In this document: one piece after another, positions 58,842 through 64,000 of the stretch
Layout of the letters: every line of letters starts with the position of its first letter
How positions within the stretch are numbered: the first letter of the stretch is position 1
Assembly (NCBI GenBank): GCA_001029715.1
Contig: CP011212.1
Span: 195,407 to 259,406 of the forward strand
Source of the DNA: a candidate division TM6 bacterium GW2011_GWF2_28_16
GTDB taxonomy: Bacteria > Patescibacteriota > Microgenomatia > UBA1400 > PJMF01
Reading direction: 5' to 3'
DNA: 64,000 nucleotides
Position numbers and translations under genes: made by a program
The notes under the pieces: generated by a model
What the model was told of the DNA's origin: nothing
Seen by the model: the letters and a program-made list of their open reading frames with translations, nothing else
Database searches by the model: none

Positions 58842-59043
58842 CAAAAACAGCAACATTGCTGAGTTAATTGGAGAAAATCCAGAGCTAAATGATGTTCTAT
58901 ATGAATATGGTTTATATTGTGGCAATTGTTTTGCGGCTGGCTATGACACTTTAGAGGCAGGAGCACAGATGCACGGCTTAGAAACTGAGGAAATCGAAGA
59001 ACTCATTCAAGAACTAAATAAAAAAACAAAGAAAAATCTATGA
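58825..59043 (+). CDS. DUF1858-type small redox-disulfide domain protein
   Basis: IAELIGENPELNDVLYEYGLYCGNC....LEAGAQMHGL pattern. Confidence 0.6.
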   Translation: MTKKIDKNSNIAELIGENPELNDVLYEYGLYCGNCFAAGYDTLEAGAQMHGLETEEIEELIQELNKKTKKNL

Positions 59044-60074
59044 AACTAAAAGTTGTATTAGGAATGAGTGGTGGAGTGGATAGCTCAGTGGCAGCAGCTT
59101 TACTCACAAAGCAAGGTTATGAAGTTTTGGGCGTGACGATGCAAATTTGGGAGAATGATCAGGAGTTAGCAATTGCCGATGCTCAAACAGTGGCCAAAAA
59201 ATTAAACATTGAACACCGAGTTTTAGATTTTAGAAAAATCTTCAAAGAGAAAATTATTAAATATTTTACCGATGAATATTTAATTGGTAAAACTCCCAAT
59301 CCATGTATTGCTTGTAATCATGAAATTAAATTTGGCGAGTTGCTTGACTATGCTCTATCTATTGGAGCTGATTTTGTTGCTACTGGTCATTACGCCAAAA
59401 TTGTCAAAGAAAATGATCGCTATTTACTAAAAAAATCTAGCAGTCAAAACAAAGATCAAACTTATCCGCTTTATCATTTAACTCAAAAACAATTAGCTCA
59501 CATTCTTTTTCCTTTAGCTAATTATGAAAAAACTGAAGTTAGAAAAATGGCTACCGATCTTGATTTAGCAGTAGCTAATAAATCAGATAGTCAAGATATC
59601 TGTTTTGTGACTAATCAAAATTATTCATCCTTTATTGAAAAAGAAACTGGTGTTAAAGTTCAAGAAGGGAATTTTGTGGACAAATCAGGAAATATTCTTG
59701 GTAAACATCGTGGCATCTATAACTATACGATTGGTCAGCGTAAGGGTTTGGGTATTGCCACTGGCAAGCCAATTTTTATTTCAAAAATAGATGCTACTAA
59801 AAATGAAATAGTTCTAGGCGATGAAGAAGATATTCTATCTAAAAGTTTGATTGCTAAAAAACTTAATTTTATTCCTTTTGATAAATTAGAAAAAGAAATT
59901 CTGGCGAAGGTCAAAATTAGATATGGAGCTAGAGAAGTTCCTGCTCGAATTTTTCCACAAGGATTGAATGAAGTTGAAGTAGTTTTTGATCAGCCACAAA
60001 GAGCGGTCACAGCCGGTCAATCAGTAGTTTTCTACCAAGGAGATTTGGTTTTAGGTGGTGGAGTTATTTGCTAA
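59040..60074 (+). CDS. mnmA: tRNA-specific 2-thiouridylase MnmA
   Basis: PP-loop SGGVDSSV and the catalytic Cys region. Confidence 0.9.
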   Translation: MKLKVVLGMSGGVDSSVAAALLTKQGYEVLGVTMQIWENDQELAIADAQTVAKKLNIEHRVLDFRKIFKEKIIKYFTDEYLIGKTPNPCIACNHEIKFGELLDYALSIGADFVATGHYAKIVKENDRYLLKKSSSQNKDQTYPLYHLTQKQLAHILFPLANYEKTEVRKMATDLDLAVANKSDSQDICFVTNQNYSSFIEKETGVKVQEGNFVDKSGNILGKHRGIYNYTIGQRKGLGIATGKPIFISKIDATKNEIVLGDEEDILSKSLIAKKLNFIPFDKLEKEILAKVKIRYGAREVPARIFPQGLNEVEVVFDQPQRAVTAGQSVVFYQGDLVLGGGVIC

Positions 60075-60127
60075 TTGCCTCATAATGTTTTTGTAATTGA
60101 AAAATTATTTAAAATAAAGAAAGGCGT

Positions 60128-61183
60128 GTGATGTCTACAACCTTTTATAAATACCTTGGTAAAACGGAAGAATGGCCAAATCTCAGTAATGTTCAGCCAG
60201 CCAGCCTCACTTATGATGATGTACTTTTAGTTCCTCAGGCTAAAACAGCAATAGATTCTAGAAAGGAGACCGATATCTCTGTTGAATTTGGTCCATTTTC
60301 TTTAAGAAAACCAATTGTTACCGCTCCGATGGATACGGTCAGTGGTGAAGAAATGGCGCGTTTAATGCAACGACTCGGTGGTCTAACTTTTATGCCAAGA
60401 GTTTTTATTGATGAAGCTTTGGCAGCTTGCAAGCGTTTACAAAAAGATAAGATCGACGCGGTTTATTCAATTGGTCTTAAAAATGCTTTGGCAGATGCCA
60501 CGGCTTTTAAGAAATTGGGAGCTAAAGCATTGTTGATAGATGTAGCTCATGGTGGAATGCAAAACGTTGTGGAAACTGCTAGAGAGATTCAAGAAAAATT
60601 AAAAATAACTGTCATTGCTGGCAATATTGTTAGTTTTGATCAAGTGATGACTTATAAAGAAGCGGGTTTAAAAATTGCTAGAGTTGGTGTAGGTGGTGGT
60701 GGAATGTGTATTACTCGCTTAGTAGCTGGAGTTGGTTTTCCACAATTATCTGCAGTTTTTGAAACTGTTTCTTCAGGTTTGGAAATTATTGCTGATGGGG
60801 GTATTCGTAAGCCAGCAGATTTTGCTAAAGCTATTGCCGCTGGAGCTAGAGTGATTATGATTGGTTCAATGTTGGCAGGAACCGAGGAAGCTCCTGGCGA
60901 AGTTGTAGGTGGAGTAAAAAAAGCTCGTGGTCAAGCCTCTGAAGATTACATGAAAGATAATGGTTCAAAGCTTGGAGAATTCCGCAGTGCTGAGGGTATT
61001 ACGGCAATGGTGCCATATAAAGGCTCAGCAGAATGGATTATTAATGATTTAGTCGGCGGATTACGCAGTGCCATGTCATATATCGGAGCGAAGAATATTA
61101 AAGAGTTTCAAGCTAAAGCTCAATTCGTAGTGGCCTCAAATTCAGCACAGGGTGAGGGAGTGGCGCATATTGAGAGAGGGTAA
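60128..61183 (+). CDS. guaC: GMP reductase/IMPDH-family TIM barrel without CBS domains
   Basis: GVGGGGMCITR catalytic Cys loop and ADGGIR. Length and C-terminus match GuaC. Confidence 0.7.
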   Translation: MMSTTFYKYLGKTEEWPNLSNVQPASLTYDDVLLVPQAKTAIDSRKETDISVEFGPFSLRKPIVTAPMDTVSGEEMARLMQRLGGLTFMPRVFIDEALAACKRLQKDKIDAVYSIGLKNALADATAFKKLGAKALLIDVAHGGMQNVVETAREIQEKLKITVIAGNIVSFDQVMTYKEAGLKIARVGVGGGGMCITRLVAGVGFPQLSAVFETVSSGLEIIADGGIRKPADFAKAIAAGARVIMIGSMLAGTEEAPGEVVGGVKKARGQASEDYMKDNGSKLGEFRSAEGITAMVPYKGSAEWIINDLVGGLRSAMSYIGAKNIKEFQAKAQFVVASNSAQGEGVAHIERG

Positions 61184-61196
61184 GGTGCGCTCTCTT

Positions 61197-61889
61197 CTAC
61201 TTTTTTGCTTTTTCTTTTTTTAGACTCAAAAATTTTTCAAATAAATGATCTTTTATTTTAAGTAAAGAATATAGCACTAATAAACAAGCAACGATCAATA
61301 TAGTCATAAAAAGAGGGTTATCTTTAACTTCTTGCCAAATATTTTCAAGTTGTGTGATGCCCACGTATCCCACCCATAGATAGAAAGAGTTTCTAATTAT
61401 CACTCCAAGAAAAGTGGTGATGATGAAAGATTTTTTACTGTATTTAATCACTCCAGCTCCCACAGAAACAAGACTAGTAGGAATAAATGGTAGAGCTCTA
61501 GCCAAAACCATCAGAAAATCATCTACCCAAGTACCAGTTAAGAATCCACCAATTTGTTCAATTAGTTTGTGACTAACGCCAATGTATTTACCTAGTTTTC
61601 CAACCACCACGTCTTCTAATTTGTCGGCAGCCAGGTAAATTAAGAAACTAGAGACTGTTTTAGCTAAAGAAGCGACGAGCACAATTACAGCCAATTGTAA
61701 GAAAACATAATTTTGGGCTTGAGCTAAAGCAGCGGTGGTAGTCATGACAAAAGGTGAAGGAATAGGAGCAATAATTTCTTCCAAAAATGAACCAATTACT
61801 ACAAAGAGTTGTAAATTGATGGTTTGTGATAAGTGTTCAAGCCAGGTGACGATTTGATCGATAATAGACATAGGACTTGATGGTAACAT
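61197..61889 (-). CDS. DedA/VTT-family membrane protein
   Basis: Multi-TM protein with DedA-like pattern. Start is ambiguous (61889, 61871 or the track's 61967). Confidence 0.55.
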   Translation of the reverse strand: MLPSSPMSIIDQIVTWLEHLSQTINLQLFVVIGSFLEEIIAPIPSPFVMTTTAALAQAQNYVFLQLAVIVLVASLAKTVSSFLIYLAADKLEDVVVGKLGKYIGVSHKLIEQIGGFLTGTWVDDFLMVLARALPFIPTSLVSVGAGVIKYSKKSFIITTFLGVIIRNSFYLWVGYVGITQLENIWQEVKDNPLFMTILIVACLLVLYSLLKIKDHLFEKFLSLKKEKAKK

Positions 61890-62083
61890 AAAAAATGAGT
61901 GAGGGGAATAAAGCTTTTTTAAAGCGTGCTTGCTTGACTGTGCGGAGATGACTCGCCCTGCGGGCATTAGGCGGGAACTTGTCGCGCTTTGCTCGATTGC
62001 GTTCTCTCCGTCAGGATTTAGAATAATCTTTTTCTTCTTTCACATTGTCAATCACTTTAGCTTCGCTAGATTGTTTGCCAATG

Positions 62084-62166
62084 CGGAGATGACAGGATTC
62101 GAACCTGCGAAGCCGTGAGGCTCACGCTTTCCAAGCGTGTGCAATTGACCGCTATGCGACATCTCC
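62084..62166 (-). tRNA. tRNA-Ser (anticodon GGA), type II with long variable arm
   Basis: Acceptor GGAGATG/CATCTCC, anticodon loop TTGGAAA, variable arm AGCCTCACGGCTTC and T-arm GCAGGTTCGAATCCTGT. No encoded CCA. Confidence 0.85.
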
Positions 62167-62238
62167 TTTTGTGAAGTATTTCAAAGAACTGTCAAATTAT
62201 ATCAGAAAAGTTCTGGAATTATTTGCTAGAGAATATTT

Positions 62239-62883
62239 CTATACGAGCAAATTTCTTTTCATTTCTTTTTTGTGCTTGTACATTAATTTATCAGCTCTAT
62301 CTTTGGTATTTTCCAAATTTCCATCTTTTTTTTCATAAACAGCCACCCCATACGCAAAACTAATCTCTGTTCTTTCATCTTTATTTTTAGGTTTTTCTGC
62401 CATAATTTTTACTATTTTTTTCTTCAAATTTTCTTCAAAATTCTCATCATTGTTATTATTGTGACAAATTATAACGAATTCATCTCCGCCAATTCTACAA
62501 ATTTCATCACCATCTCTAAACTTAGATTCTAGATAGCCAATAATGTTTTTAATTGTCTGATCTCCAATTCTGTGAGTGTATTGATCGTTGATTTTTTTAA
62601 GTCCATTTAGATCAATGAAAATGAGACCAATCTTATTATGGTCAGTTTCAGGATTAAATCTGCTTTTTTTGAAAGATTCAAAGTAAGCTCTATTCATGAC
62701 GCCGGTTAATGGGTCAGCATTGATTTTCCTATTTAATTTATTGCTTTTATCAATTGAGGGGACGCCAATTAAACCTCTTTTAATTTCAAAGTTTATTTCT
62801 TTTGCTTTTGTACGACTTTCTTCATTCCAGTTGTTACCTTGCCAGGAATTTGGATTTTGATTTTTATATTCAGGATTTAACAT
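62239..62883 (-). CDS. GGDEF-domain protein (putative diguanylate cyclase)
   Basis: RIGGDEF active-site motif. ATG at 62883 is preferred because the upstream GTG lies inside the terminator hairpin. Confidence 0.7.
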   Translation of the reverse strand: MLNPEYKNQNPNSWQGNNWNEESRTKAKEINFEIKRGLIGVPSIDKSNKLNRKINADPLTGVMNRAYFESFKKSRFNPETDHNKIGLIFIDLNGLKKINDQYTHRIGDQTIKNIIGYLESKFRDGDEICRIGGDEFVIICHNNNNDENFEENLKKKIVKIMAEKPKNKDERTEISFAYGVAVYEKKDGNLENTKDRADKLMYKHKKEMKRNLLV

Positions 62884-62905
62884 ATAAGTTTCTATTTTAA
62901 AACAG

Positions 62906-62932
62906 AAACGCCAGGTTTTCACCTGGCGTTTT
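62906..62932 (-). terminator. rho-independent terminator for the RRM protein gene
   Basis: AAAACGCCAGGT-TTTC-ACCTGGCGTTTT perfect hairpin, T-run on the minus strand. Confidence 0.8.
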
Positions 62933-62951
62933 CAAATTTTGATCTAAAAGA

Positions 62952-63305
62952 TTAATATCTACGATCTCTATTTTGTGGTCTGCTGTTACCAAAAGAACGA
63001 TTGTTATCTCTACGAGGGAAACTATCATTTCTTGGCTCACGAGGTCGAGCGATGTTAATAACCAACTCTCTTCCTTCTACTGCGATTTGCTTTTTAGTGG
63101 CAGCATCAGCAGCGGATTCTTCGGCAAATTCTACAAAAGCGAAACCCTTAGAACGGCCGGTCATTCTATCAGTGATTAAACTGATTTGGGTAATTTCGCC
63201 AAATTCGGAAAACAGTTCTTGTAAACCATCTTGGGTCATGCTGAAAGGCAAGTTACCCACGAAGATTTTTTTCTTGTTTTCCATGGTGTCATTTTGATCT
63301 GACAT
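62952..63305 (-). CDS. RRM-type RNA-binding protein with Arg-rich tail
   Basis: RNP-2 IFVGNL and RNP-1 KGFAFVEF. C-terminal R/N/D-rich tail. Confidence 0.8.
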   Translation of the reverse strand: MSDQNDTMENKKKIFVGNLPFSMTQDGLQELFSEFGEITQISLITDRMTGRSKGFAFVEFAEESAADAATKKQIAVEGRELVINIARPREPRNDSFPRRDNNRSFGNSRPQNRDRRY

Positions 63306-63397
63306 AAATATGGACTCTTCTTTCTTGGACTAAATATCCAAGACAATTAATACTGTGGAGTATTATAGCTTATTTGCCTAAATTAGATAGAGTTGAA

Positions 63398-63976
63398 TCA
63401 AAAAGCCTGGCCTGCAAGCTCTGTAATCTTTTCTAAAATCTTTTCTCTTGCGGCTTTATCTTTTTTACGTAGCTGACCAATGCGAGTGATCTTAACTGGC
63501 TTGATTCCACAAAACTCTAGTGTTGCTTGTTTCATTACTCTAGTGGTGGCTGAGCCACAAAGATAAATACTTTCAAAAATAGTAGGTCCATCCATGGTTA
63601 TAATCAAGTGTGCGCTGCGACCACTGAGCAATTTTTCATGTCTACTGCCGGATAGATAGTGATGAGAAAATCCAGAAAGAAAAACCCGATCAATAAAGCC
63701 TTTGAGCAAAGCAGGAACATTTCCCCACCAAATTGGATAAATAAATACCAAATGTTCTGCCCACGAGATGTCTTTCTGAGCTTTCTTCAAATCTGGTTCT
63801 AGTTCGACATTGCGATCGTGTGGATTGCGAAAAACTACATCGAAGTTCAATTCCCCCAGTTCTAGGGTGCGAACTTGATGTCCAGCAATACGAGCACTTT
63901 TTATATAGTGCTTAAATATGGCGCCGTTAAAGCTCTCAAGAGAGGGATGCCCAAGAATTACCAAGATTTTTTTCAT
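63398..63976 (-). CDS. flavodoxin-like NAD(P)H:quinone oxidoreductase family protein
   Basis: MKKILVILGHP..S.N and Flavodoxin_2 pattern. The alternative start at 63994 is near the window edge. Confidence 0.65.
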   Translation of the reverse strand: MKKILVILGHPSLESFNGAIFKHYIKSARIAGHQVRTLELGELNFDVVFRNPHDRNVELEPDLKKAQKDISWAEHLVFIYPIWWGNVPALLKGFIDRVFLSGFSHHYLSGSRHEKLLSGRSAHLIITMDGPTIFESIYLCGSATTRVMKQATLEFCGIKPVKITRIGQLRKKDKAAREKILEKITELAGQAF

Positions 63977-64000
63977 TAGCTGACATTCTAACATTTTCTT

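Noticed and set aside
61953-62030. GC-rich segment as a possible second tRNA or pseudo-tRNA
   Set aside because: No cloverleaf can be drawn. Only the last ~12 nt resemble the tRNA-Ser 3' end, so it is better explained as a partial duplication or integration scar.
1-64000. CRISPR arrays, rRNA genes, transposase or integrase genes
   Set aside because: No regularly spaced direct repeats were seen, no rRNA-like conserved stretches, and no ORF with transposase or integrase motifs.

Overview
This 64 kb window is AT-rich (roughly 35% GC by eye) and gene-dense. It uses the standard genetic code and reads like a reduced-genome bacterium, probably CPR/Patescibacteria-like (inference). Nearly all genes are on the + strand. 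The order is a galU fragment, sodA, and a nucleotide sanitation/ribose-salvage block (DEDD exonuclease, two NUDIX, YjjX-like ITPase, rpiB, rpe-like, LOG, PfkB kinase). Then come an LPSAG sortase substrate, a Lon-like AAA+ ATPase without a protease domain, UDG family 4, RNase J and FtsK. A tmRNA follows on the minus strand, then comFC (-), tRNA-Val, yqeY, rodZ-like and a shortened alaS. Next are a large membrane protein plus sortase, ruvX and mltG. A 27.6 kb contiguous rpoB-rpoC-rpsL-rpsG-fusA-tuf-S10-spc-alpha-rplQ-rplM-rpsI block follows (L36 present, L30 and map absent). After that come hup, an LTD surface protein, VanZ, cytochrome b5-like, an ArsR regulator with sufCBDSU, DUF1858, mnmA and a guaC-like gene. 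The window ends with a minus-strand block: DedA, tRNA-Ser(GGA), GGDEF, an RRM protein and a flavodoxin-like quinone reductase. The most notable noncoding signals are four. First, a roughly 100-nt conserved leader with a covarying hairpin upstream of both rnj and tuf. Second, two homologous 150-165 bp elements with covarying terminal stems and a conserved core, placed after alaS and after hup. Third, a 162-bp element with 22-bp perfect inverted repeats that shares stem-base half-sites with a short palindrome near 4.25 kb. Fourth, a tmRNA with G3:U70.
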